From NCBI RefSeq assembly GCF_030028105.1, contig NC_092376.1:119782230-119846229 (forward strand): a stretch of 64,000 bases of DNA. The letters run 5' to 3'. The stretch is from Mobula birostris (lineage: Eukaryota). Of this stretch, positions 13,111-25,490 are shown piece by piece. The number at the start of each line of letters is the position of its first letter. Positions within the stretch are counted from its first letter, which is position 1. Under the pieces are notes generated by a model. It ran no database searches, was not told where the DNA came from, and worked only from the letters and a program-made list of their open reading frames with translations. Made by a program: the position numbers and the translations under genes.

Positions 13111-14511
13111 ATTCTGACCGGCTATTTCACCGCCTGGTGTGGGGGAGGGGGGCGAAGTTGTAAGATTAGTCAGCTCAGTCATGGGTACTTGCTTCCATAG
13201 TTTCCAAGACATCTTTAAGGACCGGTGTCGCAAAAGGCAGCATTATTAAGATTCCCCATCACCTCGGCCATCCAATTTCAAAATTTCTGAACCCATGAAC
13301 ACTACCTCACTTTTTTATCATTTCTATTTTTGCACTATTTTTAACTTAGCAGTACATATATATTTACTCTAAATTATTTATTTATTTTCTAGATTTATCA
13401 TGTATTGCATTGTACTGCTGCTGCTAAGTTACCAAATTTCATGACATATGCTGGTGATATTAAAACTGATTCTAAACTTGAGTTTCAAAGATTGACAGGA
13501 GATCAAATTGTAGCATGCGGTATTCTTAAAGAGCTTGGTAGGCAAGATGGAGGGAGAATATTTCACTTGATAGAGGAGCTCAGTGTCAGGGGTAGAATTT
13601 CAAAATATATGGTAAGCTGTTTAGGATGGAGATAAGATTTTTTTTCAATCACAGGCAGTGAATCTTTGGAAAACTCTGCCGAAAGCTCACGTTGTTTTCA
13701 TTTACAAACAGTAGTTTTCTGAGCATGAAGGGCTCGAAGAGTCATGGCATAGTGCAGGGATATAGTGCTGAAGTAAAAGATTAATGAACGGCAGAGTGGG
13801 TTTGGTCGGCAGTGCAGATGGCTTATTCCTTCTTCTTATTTTCTTTTTATGATTTAAATTTTATTGAATTTTTATACAAATTTTTCCCTAAACCCTTGAG
13901 TCAGTGCTGAAATTATGTAAATCATAGCTTACAAAACATAAAATTATCCATAAAATAAAAAACAAACATGGCAGAAATAAATATCAATATAATAACCATG
14001 TGTGTCTATTTAGACCTCTAATAACATAAAAGACTGCCATTCAGCAATATGCTTCACCTCACATTCATCACTATTTCCCCCCGCAGGAAACCTAAATATT
14101 TGCCCCATTTTTGTGTATAGATGTCCAATCTATCAAACCCAGACTACACCATAATAGCCCTAGATGCCTTCTTCAAAAGGGCATTAAAGATGATTCAGCA
14201 CAGCAGGACTTCATCCTCCACTAACTTCTAAAAGTGTCCTGGACTAGTGGAACATATTTGGCCACTCTCACTCTGGTTGATAACATTGGAGACCCACCAC
14301 CTGCACTCAGCCAGTGCTCTTCCTGTCAGACAACCAGCTCAGCCTGCTGTCATTCATAGTTACTTTGAAGCTGGGCCACCACAGACCATGGCCGATTGAG
14401 TCTGGCCATCTGCAGCCATCTCTACTGAAATGCTGCAGCAGCTGCCAGAATTTGGCTGTTGCCACTCGGGAGCACTGCCTAAAAGAAACAGGATAGATAA
14501 AGACTCACAGA

Positions 14512-15295
14512 GGACCATAAGACCATAAGACATTGGAAAAGAATTAGACCATTCAGCCCATCAAATCTGCTCCACCATTCCATCATGGCTGATTTATGCC
14601 TTCTCCAGGTAGCTTTTGATGACCTGACTAATCAAGAACCTGTCAACCTCTGCTTTAAATATACTCAATGACTTGGCTTCCACAGATATTTGTGGCAATG
14701 ATTTCCACCACTAAAGTAATTCTTCCTCATCTCCTTTATAAATGGACATCCCTCTATTCTGAAGCAAACCCTCTTATCCTAGACTCCTCCACTATAGAAA
14801 ACATCATCTCTACAACTACTCTATCTAGGCCTTTCAATATTCAATAGTTTTCAATGAGATCCCCCCTCATTCTTCTAAACTCCAGGGAGTACAGGCCAAG
14901 GGCCATTTAATGCTTCTCATATTTTAACACTTTCATTCCTGGAATTATTCTCATGAATGTCCTCTGGATCCTCTCCAATACTAGCTCATCCATTCTTAGA
15001 TAAGGGACCCAAAACTGTAAGTGCGGTCTGACCGATGCCCTTTAAAGCCTCAGCATTAAATCCTTGCTCTTAAATTATAGTCCTCCTGAAATGAATGTTA
15101 ACACTGCATTTGCCTTCCTTTCCACTGATTTAACCTGCAAGTTAACCTTAAGGGAATTCTGCACAAGGACTCCCAAGACCCTTTGCATTTATCTACCTTC
15201 AGACCTTTCAGCTTCCCAAGCACCTTCTCCTTAATAATAGCAACTACATTCAGATCCACTCCCTGACACTCTTGAATTTCTGGCACTAAGGCTGT
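14512..15295 (-). mobile_element. CR1 LINE 3' portion
   Basis: (ACCATAAG)n tail at 14512; minus strand encodes KEKVLGKLKGLKVDK and the C-terminal RMRGDLIE-type motif. Confidence 0.8.
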
Positions 15296-16344
15296 GAACA
15301 TTTGTTAATGTGTGCAAGTTCTTTGTCTTGATTGGATATATAAATATGGCTTGAAATACTTATGTGGTTTAGTCTCGCACTCTCTGATTGTGGGTGAGCA
15401 GGTACAAAGATAAACAGCAACTTCAGGAAATAGAAGTGTATTTTCATTGTTTTACAGATGCATTGAGTGCAGATGTACCAGGAGACAAGCTGTTAATGAT
15501 TACCAATTGGACTTAAAAAGTTAATATGGCACCACATCCCTTTATTGTTGCAGGAATTGAAAAGTTATTTTGCAATCTTGATTGGTAGTGGATCACAGGA
15601 TTCTGGGTCATTAGCAATGATAGATCATTGGTATATTTCCAACTCAGGGTGGAATGTGCCTTGGTACTCCCACATTATTCCTGATTATCCTTCTAATGGT
15701 GGCAATCATAGGCTGGCATCAAAGAATTTTTAAGGAGTGGGAAAGGAGGAATAATCAGAGTGGTGGATTAGAAGCAAATCAGAATATCATTTGCATTCTT
15801 TGGGTCTCTGACATTGAGCATGATAATATTTTTGGTCTGGTCTCAATCCAGTTGAACATTGAGGGAACAAACTTTGTGCAGTTTCAGTGTTAACCTACGT
15901 TTGTACATACTGAGCTGAAGTCTTGTAGTGTAGAAATTTTCCCCAGCAGTCTCTAATGTCAGCATATTCACTGCCTGTTTCTCATTACCCAAGGAGAAAC
16001 ATTTGACTTAGCTGGGGTAGAGAGCCTCTGAATCCTCAACCATGTTACTAAACATGCGGCATCTGTGATGTTACCAGCAATAATATGGATGTGAAGAAGT
16101 TAAAATCACTATTATCTTCACTGCCAAAATCAAAACTTTCCTTGCCTCATATGCTGCTTCGAAGCTCTCTCATCCTTATCTCATTGAAAGCTCAGAGCAA
16201 GCTCCTAATTGACAATCTTTGCCAAAAAATTGATTTAAAGCATATCTTCTGTTCACATCAAGTTCTCATCAACAAAGTCAACTCCAACTAAGTTGTCAAC
16301 AAAGTTGTCAGTTATAGAGTATCACTTTGACTGGCTTAGAGTTA

Positions 16345-16700
16345 TATAAACATAGAACTCTACAGCATAGAAACAGGCCTTTTGGCCCATCTGGTGATTG
16401 CTGAACTATTAGTCTGCCTTGGACCTGCATCCAGATCATAGCCCTCCATATCCCTCTCATGCATGTATCTATCCAAAGTTCTCTGAAATGTTGAAATCAA
16501 ATGCACATCCATCCCTTTTGCTGGCAGCTTATTCCATATTCTTACCACCCTCTGAGTGTAGAACTTCCCTCTCAAGTTCCCCTTAATCATCTCACCTTTC
16601 ATCTTTAACCTATGACCTCTAGTTCTTGTCTCTTCCAGCCTCAGTGGAAAAAGCTTGCTTGCATTTATCTTATCTATTTCACTCATAAATTTGTACATCT
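16345..16700 (-). mobile_element. CR1 LINE 3' end
   Basis: ORF 16360-16734: LFPLRLEETRTRGHRLK...FYTQRVVRIWNKLP. Confidence 0.85.
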
Positions 16701-17404
16701 TGGAGGGGTTGAGTGACTGTGATCTTGTGCACATTAAAAAGCAAAATATATTCTTGTGAGATTAAGCCATGAATTCAGCTGTATTACCACAAGGCAGCTT
16801 GGACCAACTAACTATTCTGTGGAGAATAATGTCACCAACCGCCCTGCCTGCTTATTTTCAGCATGCTCAGTGGATGGACCACTCTATTTGCTAAATAACA
16901 CAAAGTGTGCTTATAAATGTATGCTCACGATTCAAGAATAAAGCTGAAACCACCCATAATGCTGAGCAAATGGGCACTATGCTGATAAACGTCTTAGCCC
17001 CAATAATTTATCATATCCAGCAATCCCTTTCAACCCATTTGAAATCAGGAAGACCTAAAGGCATAAATGAACTGTTACTAAAACTCAGTGTTCAGGCTCC
17101 TACAAAGTCAAATCATTTGCATGCATTATTGGAAGTCTGCCTCAAAAATAATAGTTTGGTGTTAGTCATCGCCTGTAGGAGAAATGGTTTTTTTTTTTGG
17201 CTTGGAAGGAAGCTGGATTTTTGTCTGTCTTATACTAGTGGTTGGAATGCTCCATGAAAGTTTTTCCTTCAATTAGTTTCTGAGCAATAACAGGGTAAGA
17301 GCTGTAGAAAGATTAGCAAGAAAAATATGACACGGTAGTTGTCAAGGGAAATGAATAAATACCAAACCCTTAACCTTATTTCCTCTTCAAAATAGTGTCA
17401 TTTC

Positions 17405-17660
17405 TTTATAGAGATATAGTATGGAATAGGCCCTTCTGCACTGGCCAGCAATACCCCGATTTAACCCTAGCCTAATCATGGGACAATTTACAATGGTCAA
17501 TTAACCTATCACCTTGGACTGTGGGAGGAAATAGTCAACCCAAGATAAGCCCATGCGGTCACGGGGAGAACGTATGTATTCCTGACAGGCAGTGGTGCGA
17601 ATTGAACCTGGGTCGCTGATACTGTAAAGCGTTGTGCTAACCACTACACTACCGTGCCTC
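17405..17660 (-). mobile_element. tRNA-derived V-domain SINE (HE1-like)
   Basis: Minus strand starts gcacggtagtgtagtggttagcac (A box), B-box-like ggttcaattcg, then V-domain cgttctccccgtgaccgcatggg. Confidence 0.8.
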
Positions 17661-18090
17661 CCTTACCATCCTGTTAATACCCAACTATAAATTTGGTTTA
17701 TCACATTGATTAGATTACATGATCATTTACGTTGCCAGGTTTTTGAATGGGCACAATTAAATGAATTAATAACCAGAGACTGTAGAAGTTGGAAACAGGG
17801 ACAAAGGACAAAATAATGCTAGAAAAACTCACTGGGTTGTTCAGGATATGTGGAGGCAAAGCAATGGTGATGTTTTGGATCAGGACTGAGAATGTAAAGG
17901 GAAGATGGCCAATGTATAGAATTGATGGATGGGGCTGAGACAGACACTGGTTGATGATAGGTGGAACCATCCAAATGAGGGATAGGGGTCAGTTGTAACT
18001 AAATGGTTGAGGGGAATATGACAGGTGAATCAAGGGAGAAACCTAGATAGATATGTATGTGAGTGATTAGTGGGGGAGTGATAAATAGGG

Positions 18091-19637
18091 TCATAGCAAA
18101 GTACAGCTCAGAAACCGATTCTGTGGTCTAGCAAGTCTGTGCCGAACTATTTAAACTGCTTACTCCCATAGCCCTGCACCAGAACCATTACTCTGCATAC
18201 CCCTACCATCCATGTACCGATCCAAATTTCTTTTAAATATTGAAATCGAGCTTGTATGCACCACTTGTGCTGGTAGCTCATTCCACACTTTCACAACACT
18301 TTGAGTGAAGAAGTTTCTCCTCATGTTCCCTGTAAAATTTTCACATTTCGCGCTTAACCCATGACTCCTGATTGTAGCCCCATTCAACCTCAGTGGAAAA
18401 AACCTGCTTGCATTTACTGTATCTATCCCCCTCATAATTTTGCATATCTCTATCAGATCTCCTCTCAATCTTCTACGTTCCAAGGAATAAAGTCCTAACC
18501 TTTTCAATCTTCCCAAATCTTTCAATCCTTGTAAGTGTTCTCTGCACTCTTTCAACCTCATTTACATATTTCCTGTAGGTAGGTGACCAAAACTGCACAC
18601 AGTACTCCAAATTAGGCCTCACCAATATCTTATACAACTTCAACATAACATCCCATCTCCTGTACTCAATACTTTGATTTATGAAGGCCAATGTGAGTCC
18701 TGAAGAAGGGCCTCAACCTGAAACACCAACTATCTATTCATTTACATAATGCTGCCTGACTTATTGAGATCCACCAGTACATTGTGTGCATTACAATGTG
18801 CAAGAAACTTTCTTTATTATCCTATGAACCTGTGACACCATTTTCAATGAATTAAGAACCTGTAATCCCCGATCCCTTTGTTCTACCACATTCCTCAGTG
18901 CCCTACTGTTCACAATGTAAGACCTACCTTGGTTGATCCTACCGAAGTGCAAAACCTCACACTTATCCGCATTAACTTCCATCTGCCATTTGTCAGCCCA
19001 TTTTTCCAGCTGGTCATGATTGCGGTGCAAGCCATGATAGTCTTCTTTGGTGTCCACTGTACCCCCAACCTTGGTGTTATCTGCAAATTTGCTGATCCAG
19101 TCAGTCACATTAACATCCACATCACAGATATAGATGACGAAGAACAAAGGACCCAGCACCGAATCACCAGTCATAGACCTCCAGTTCTAGAGGCAACCAT
19201 GTACTCTGGCTTCTCACACAAAGCCAATGTCCAGTCCAATTTACTACCTCATCTTGAATGTTGAGTGTCTGAACCTACTTGACCAAGCTCCGATGTGAGA
19301 CCTTGTCAAGTGCCTTGCTGAAGTCCATGTAATCAACATCCACTGCCTTGCCTTCATCTATTTTCCTTTTAACTTCCTTGAAAAACTCTATAAGATTGGT
19401 TAGACATGATCTACCACGTGCAAAGCCATGCTAATTATTCTTAATCTGTCCATGTCTATCCAAATAATCATATATGCGGTCCCTTAAAATATTTTCCAAT
19501 AACTTTCCCACTACTGACGTCAGGTTCGCCAACCTATAATTTCCTGGTTTATTTTTAGTACCTTCCTTAAACAGCGGAACGAATTTGGCTATCCTCCAAT
19601 CCTCTGGTACCTCTCCTGTTGCCAAGGAAAATCTAGG
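18091..19637 (-). mobile_element. CR1 LINE, 5'-truncated, with an inserted Penelope pLTR (18695-18790)
   Basis: ORFs: EVPEDWRIA..VPLFK, SVLGPLFFVIYI..SKFADNTK, LVRPNLEYCVQFWSP, LYSLERRRLRGDLIE. Confidence 0.9.
18695..18790 (+). mobile_element. Penelope pLTR with degenerate hammerhead
   Basis: gagtcctgaagaagggcctcaacctgaaacacc...gctgcctgac...ccagtacattgtgtg. Confidence 0.65.
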
Positions 19638-20030
19638 TAACAAGGAGCAGGGGAGGGATAGAAAAAATTAACAAAGGGACAGAGACCATGGATGAACTGT
19701 AAGAGTGGGAAAAGAACACATGGTGGCAGGATAACTGAAAGTGGAAAATTCAATGTTCATACCATTGGGTTGCAAGCTACCCAAATGGAATATGAGGTAT
19801 TGTTCCTTTAGTTTATGCTTGGCTTCACCATGGTGGTAGAAGGCCAAGGACAGACAGGTTGGTGTGAGAATGGGAAGAATAGTTGAAACGAGAGGCCACA
19901 GGAAGCTCAATATGGCCATTGCAGATGGAATGCAGGCACTCTGCAAAACAGTCACTCAGTCTACACTTGATCTGACTGATGTAGAGTCCACATTGAGAAC
20001 ACTGAATGCAAAGAGGCATGTTGGATGGAA

Positions 20031-23000
20031 GCTGACAGTGATGCAGGTGGATGTTTTCCTGGTGTCATGGATTATTGATTACCTGACTGGAAGACCACAG
20101 TACGTGTGCTTGCAACACTGTGTATCTGACAGAGTGATCAGCAGCACTGGGGCTCCACAGGGGACTGCCTTGTCTCCCTTTCTCTTCACCATTTACACCT
20201 CGGACTTCAACTACAGCACAGAGTCTTGCCATCTTCAGAAGTTTTCTGATGACTCTGCCATAGTTGGATGATTCAGCAAGGGAGATGAGGCTGAGTACAG
20301 GGCTACATAGAACATAGAACATAGAACATAGAATAGTACAGCACAGTACAGGCCCTTTGGCCCACAATGTTGTGCCGACCCTCAAACGCTGCCTCCCATA
20401 TAAGTCCCAACCTTAAATTCCTCCATATACCTGTCCAGTAGTCTCTTAAACTTCAGTAGTGTATCTGCCTCCACCACTGACTCAGGCAGTGCATTCCACG
20501 GACCAACCACTCTCTGAGTAAAAAACCTTCCTCTAATATCCCCCTTGAACTTCCTACCCCTTACCTTAAAGCCATGTCCTTTTGTATTGAGCAGTGGTTC
20601 CCTGGGGAAGAGGTGCTGGCTATCCACTCTATCTATTCCTCTTATTATCTTGTACACCTCTATCATGTCTCCTCTTATCCTCCTTCTCTCCAAAGAGTAA
20701 AGCCCTAGCTCCCTTAATCTCTGATCATAATGCATACTTTCTAAACCAGGCAGCATCCAGATAAATCTCCTCTGTACCCTTTCCAATGCTTCCACATCCT
20801 TCCTATAGTGAGGTGACCAGAACTGGACACAATACTCCAAGTGTGGCCTAACCAGAGTTTTATAGAGCTGCATCATTACATCGCGAATCTTAAACTCTAT
20901 CCCTCAACTTATGAAAACTAACACCCCATAAGCTTTCTTAACTACCCTATCCACCTGTGAGGCAACTTTCAGGGATCTGTGGACATGTACCCCGAGATCC
21001 CTCTGCTCCTCCACACTACCAAATATCCTGCCATTTACTTTGTACTCTGCCTTGGAGTTTGTCCTTCCAAAGTGTACCACCTCACACTTCTCGGGGTTGA
21101 ACTCCATCTGCCACTTCTCAGCTCACTTCTGCATCCTATCAATGTCTCTCTGCAATCTTTGACAATCCTCTACACTATCTACAACACCATCAACCTTTGT
21201 TTCATCTGCAAACTTGCCAACTCACCCTTCTACCCCCACATCCAGGTCGTTAATAAAAATCACGAAAAGTAGAGGTTCCAGAACAGATCTTTGTGGGACA
21301 CCACTAGTCACAATCCTCCAATCTGAAAGTACTCCCTCCACCACCACCGTCTGCCTTCTGCAGGCAAGCCAATTCTGAATCCACCTGGCCAAACTTCCCT
21401 GGATCCCATGCCTTCTAACTTTCTGAATAAGCCTACCATGTGGAACCTTGTCAAATGCCTCACTAAAATCCATATAGATCACATCCACTGCACTACCCTC
21501 ATCTATATGCCTGGTCACCTCCTCAAAGAACTCTGTCAGGCTTGTTAGACACGATCTGCCCTTCACAAAGCCATGCTGACTGTCCCTGATCAGACCATGA
21601 TTCTCTAAATGCCTATAGATCCTATCTTTAAGAATCTTTTCCAACAGCTTTCCCACCACAGACGTAAGGCTCACTGGTCTGTAATTACCCGGACTATCCC
21701 TACTACCTTTTTTGAACAAGGGAACAACATTCGCCTCCCTCCAATCCTCCGGTACCATTCCCGTGGACAACGAGGACATAAAGATCCTAGCCAGAGGTTC
21801 AGCAATCTCTTCTCTCGCCTCGTGGAGCAGCCTGGGGAATATTCCATCAGGCCTCGGGGACTTATCTGTCCTAATGTATTTTAACAACTCCAACACCTCC
21901 TCTCCCTTAATATCAGCATGCTCCAGAACATCAACCTCACTCAAATTGTCCTCACTATCATCAAGTTCCGTCTCATTGGTGAATATCGAAGAGAAGTATT
22001 CATTGAGGACCTCGCTCACTTCCACAGCCTCCAGGCACACCTTCCTAACTTTATCTCTAATCAGTCCTACCTTCACTCCTGTCATCCTTTTTTTCTTCAC
22101 ATAATTGAAGAAATGCCTTGGGTTTTTCCTTTACCCTACTCACCAAGGCCATCTCATGCCCCCTTCTTGCTCTTCTCAGCCCTTTCTTAAGCTCCTTTCT
22201 TGCTTCCCTATATTCCTCAATAGACCCATCTGATCCTTGCTTCCTAAACCTCATGTATGCTGCCTTCTTCCTCCTGACTAGATTTTCCACCTCACTTGTC
22301 ACCCATGGTTCCTTCACCCTACCATTCTTTATATTCCTCACCGGGACAAATTTATCCCTTACATCCTGCAAGAGATCTCTAAACATCGACCACATGTCCA
22401 TAGTACATTTCCCTGCAAAAACATCATCCCAATTCACACTCGCAAGTTCTAGCCTTATAGTCTCATAATTTTCCTTTCCCCAATTAAAAATTTTCCTGTC
22501 TTCTTTGATTCTATCCTCTTCCATGATAATTATAAAGGCCAGGGAGCGATGGTCACTGTCCCCCAGATGCTCACCCACTGAGAGATCTGTGACCTGACCC
22601 GGTTCATTACCTAGTACTAAATCTAGTATGGCATTCCCCCTGGTCGGCCTGTCCACATACTGTGACAGGAATCCATCCTGGACACACTTAACAAATTCTG
22701 CCCCATCTAAACCCTTGGAACTAATCAGGTGCCAATCAATATTAGGGAAGTTAAATAACAACCCTGTTATTTTTGCACCTTTCCAAAATCTGCTTCCCAA
22801 TCTGCTCCTCTGTATCTCTGCTACTACCAGGGGGCCTATAGAATACCCCCAGTAGAGTAACTGCTCCCTTCCTGTTCCTGACTTCCACCCATATTGACTC
22901 AAAAGAGGATCCTGCTGCATTACCCACCCTTTCTGTAGCTGTAATAGTATCCCTGACCAGTAATGCCACCCCTCCTCCACTTTTTCCGCCCTCTCTATCC

Positions 23001-24085
23001 CTTTTAAAGCACTGAAATCCTGGAATATTGAGAATCCATTCCTGCCCTGGTGCCAGCCAAGTCTCTGTAATGGCCACTACATCATAATTCCATGTATGTA
23101 TCCAAGCTCTCAGTTCATTACCTTTGTTCCTGATGCTTCTTGCATTGAGGTACACACATTTCAGCCCTTCTACCTTACTGTCTTTACACCGTTTATTCTG
23201 CTTCTCTTTCCTCAAAGCCTCTCTGTATGTTACATCTGGCTTTACTCTATGCACTTCTTTCACTGCTCTATCGCTTTCTACGGTAGGAAACTTTGTCACA
23301 TGGTGTGAGCAGAATTATCTGCAGCTTAATGTGAAAAAGACTAAGGAGCTGGTGGTGGACTTGAGGAGAGCTAAGGTACCGGTGACCCCTGTTTCCAACC
23401 AGGTGATCAGAGTGGACATGGTGGAGGATTACAAATACCTGGGGATATGAATTGACAATAAACTGGACTGATCAAAGAACACTGAGGCTGTCTACAAGAA
23501 GGGTCAGAGCTGTCTCTATTTCCTGAGGAGACATCCTTTAACATCTGTCGGACGGTGCTGAGAACGTTCTACGTGTCTGTGGTGGCCAGTGCTATCATGT
23601 TTACTGTTGTGTGTTGGGGCAGCAGGCTGAGGGTAGCAGACACCAACAGAATCAACAAACTCATTCGTAAGGCCAGTGATGTGGTGGGGATGGAACTGGA
23701 CTCTCTCACGGTGGTGTCTGAAAAGGGGATGCTGTCCAAGTTGCATGCCATCTTGGACAATGTATCCCATCCACTACATAATGTACTGGTTGGGCACAGG
23801 AGTACATTCAGCCAGAGACTCATTCCATCGAGATGCAGTACAGTGCGTCATAGGAAGTCATTCCTGCCTGTGGCCATCAAACTTTACAACTCCTCCCTTG
23901 GAGGGTCAGACTCCCTGAGCCAATAGGCTGGTCCTGGAGTTATTTCCTGGCATAATTTACATATTATTATTTAATTTTTTATGGTTTTTGTATTGCTATG
24001 TTTATACTTTATTCTTAGTCGGTGCAACTGTAACGAAACTCAGTTTCCCTCGGGATCAATAAAGTATGACTATGACTATGACTAT
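20031..24085 (+). mobile_element. Rex1/Babar LINE 3' portion split by a CR1 insertion
   Basis: SWIIDYLTGRPQYV..GAPQGTALSPFLF..LQKFSDDSAIVG, resuming at 23278 with VGNFVTWCEQNYLQLNVKKTKELVVD; ends gggatcaataaagtatgactatgactatg. Confidence 0.9.
20307..23277 (-). mobile_element. CR1 LINE with near-complete ORF2 (APE endonuclease + RT), frameshifted
   Basis: LKCVYLNARSIRNK..DVVAITETWL (APE), [43 protein letters not shown]; (ATAGAAC)n tail at 20307; ctac duplicated at 20303-20306 and 23278-23281. Confidence 0.95.
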
Positions 24086-24184
24086 GCATGTAAATCTCTG
24101 CCTCAACTGGAAGATTGTTTAGGTTCTTGGACAGTAGTGAGAGAGAGAAGGTGAAAGCACAAGTATTGCATCTCCTCTCATGTC

Positions 24185-25320
24185 AAATCAAGAGAGAAGT
24201 CATGAACAAGAAATTGTTTATTAAGTCCAGAAGCACTATGAGCAACATTTAAACATGGAATAAATCAATGTATAACATATTTGAAGAAAGTTTACAAAGT
24301 TCATTAAATAATCAAGTTGTGGACAATTATCCCTGGTAACATCTTCTAAATGCTCTCTGCTTCCTCTTTATTGAGATCACATTCTTCCTGTAATGTTACC
24401 AGATTGTGCATAGTATACCATCTGTGGTATAAATACAATATTCCACATTTCTACTGTAACCAGGTGACCGTCGGATCCTATTCAGTATCGTTAAAAGTGT
24501 ACTTAGGCATCTATCCGGGTAATGCTAGAGTAGTTGCCTGTGCCTTTAAGGGAGATGGCGATGTCATTACGCACGCGCGGGATATTGAGGAGACCATTTT
24601 GCTTTCTGCTGAAGATGTGGTAAAGTGTTGGAATTGGGTTCCTCCCAGAGTGTGCTGGGCATGGTGAGGAAAGGTGAGCATTAATTGACGATATCCATGT
24701 GAATTTGTTTATCCTTGTTGGCGAATCGAGAATATCGGTAATTTGACATGGTTTACATGTGGATGCTTTAGATTTGCACGAGTGAAGAAATCGACGCTGG
24801 GTAGTGTGGCTTATACCAAGTTCCTCACCATCCAAGTAGGTCAGTCTTCCTGTAATTTAACTACCAGGCAATACCTTGTAAAGGTTGTGCCAAAGTGAAC
24901 CTTTTGTCTAACTTTATTGTATCGGGACTGATTGTGCATGTAACTGCGTAATGTGAATGTTTAGTCTCCGTTCAGAAGTTCAGCACGTGTGTACGTCTTA
25001 GATGAGATGTATTCGCTTACATTTTTCACTGTTATGTATAAGACGCAGGGTGGGTGGGATTTTAATGTTGTTTGTATTGTGTTCCTTCAGGATTTCCACT
25101 ACCGTATTAGTTCTGGTATTTTTACACTGCATACGCAATTCTGTCCATACACAAGGGTGTGGATCGAAAGTTAAACTGAGACTGAGCAAGAACTGGTTGT
25201 AAATTCGCTCGTTTTCTTTCGCGATCCTCTTCTGGCACTTAAACATCTAAAACAGATAAAGGAAGTAAAACCCGAAAAAGCATTTGTTGTCCTGAGTGTG
25301 TACTTTTCCCCACGCTACAC
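24185..25320 (-). other. Unidentified CpG-undepleted island with broken ORFs (candidate foreign or viral insert)
   Basis: About 32 CpG in 24460-25320 vs about 5 in the next 860 bp (hand count); minus-strand polypyrimidine+AG at 25247-25280 directly before ATG 25246; AATAAA at 24217-24222. Confidence 0.45.
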
Positions 25321-25339
25321 TACCATTACCTTTCTGTTA

Positions 25340-25490
25340 TTAATCTCTTTGCTAATAAAGGCTAGTATCCCATGCTTCTGAATGATCTTATCCACCTATG
25401 CTACTGGTTTCAGGGACCAATGCACACCAAGAAACCTCTGATCCTCAATATCCTGCTATTTATTGTGTGTTCCCATTGCTTCTTTGCCCA
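25340..25490 (-). mobile_element. Small degraded CR1 fragment
   Basis: ttatccacct...ttcagggacc...cctctg pattern as in the CR1 copy at 20945-21005. Confidence 0.45.

Larger units (their letters stand above)
12241..13480 (+). mobile_element. Rex1/Babar LINE interrupted by a Penelope pLTR unit at 12931-13110
   Basis: NTYVRLLLIDYTSVFNT, NFADDTAIVGRIS, KTKELIVDFRKG; sequence resumes at 13111 with duplicated attctgac(a/c)ggcta. Confidence 0.85.
17770..24180 (-). mobile_element. Penelope-like element 3' portion, split by nested insertions (own segments ~17770-18090, 19638-20030, 24086-24180)
   Basis: GIY-YIG remnant CSQCGLYISQIKCRLSDCFAEC...LPVASRFN and EQYLIFHLGSLQPNGMNIEFS; segment 24086-24180 aligns with 54355-54440 of the uninterrupted copy. 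Confidence 0.75.

Noticed and set aside
20065-23450. Several 90-130 aa ORFs on the + strand (20979, 21609, 21712, 22118) and ORF 20065 (-)
   Set aside because: They are antisense shadows of CR1/Rex1 coding sequence, not independent genes.
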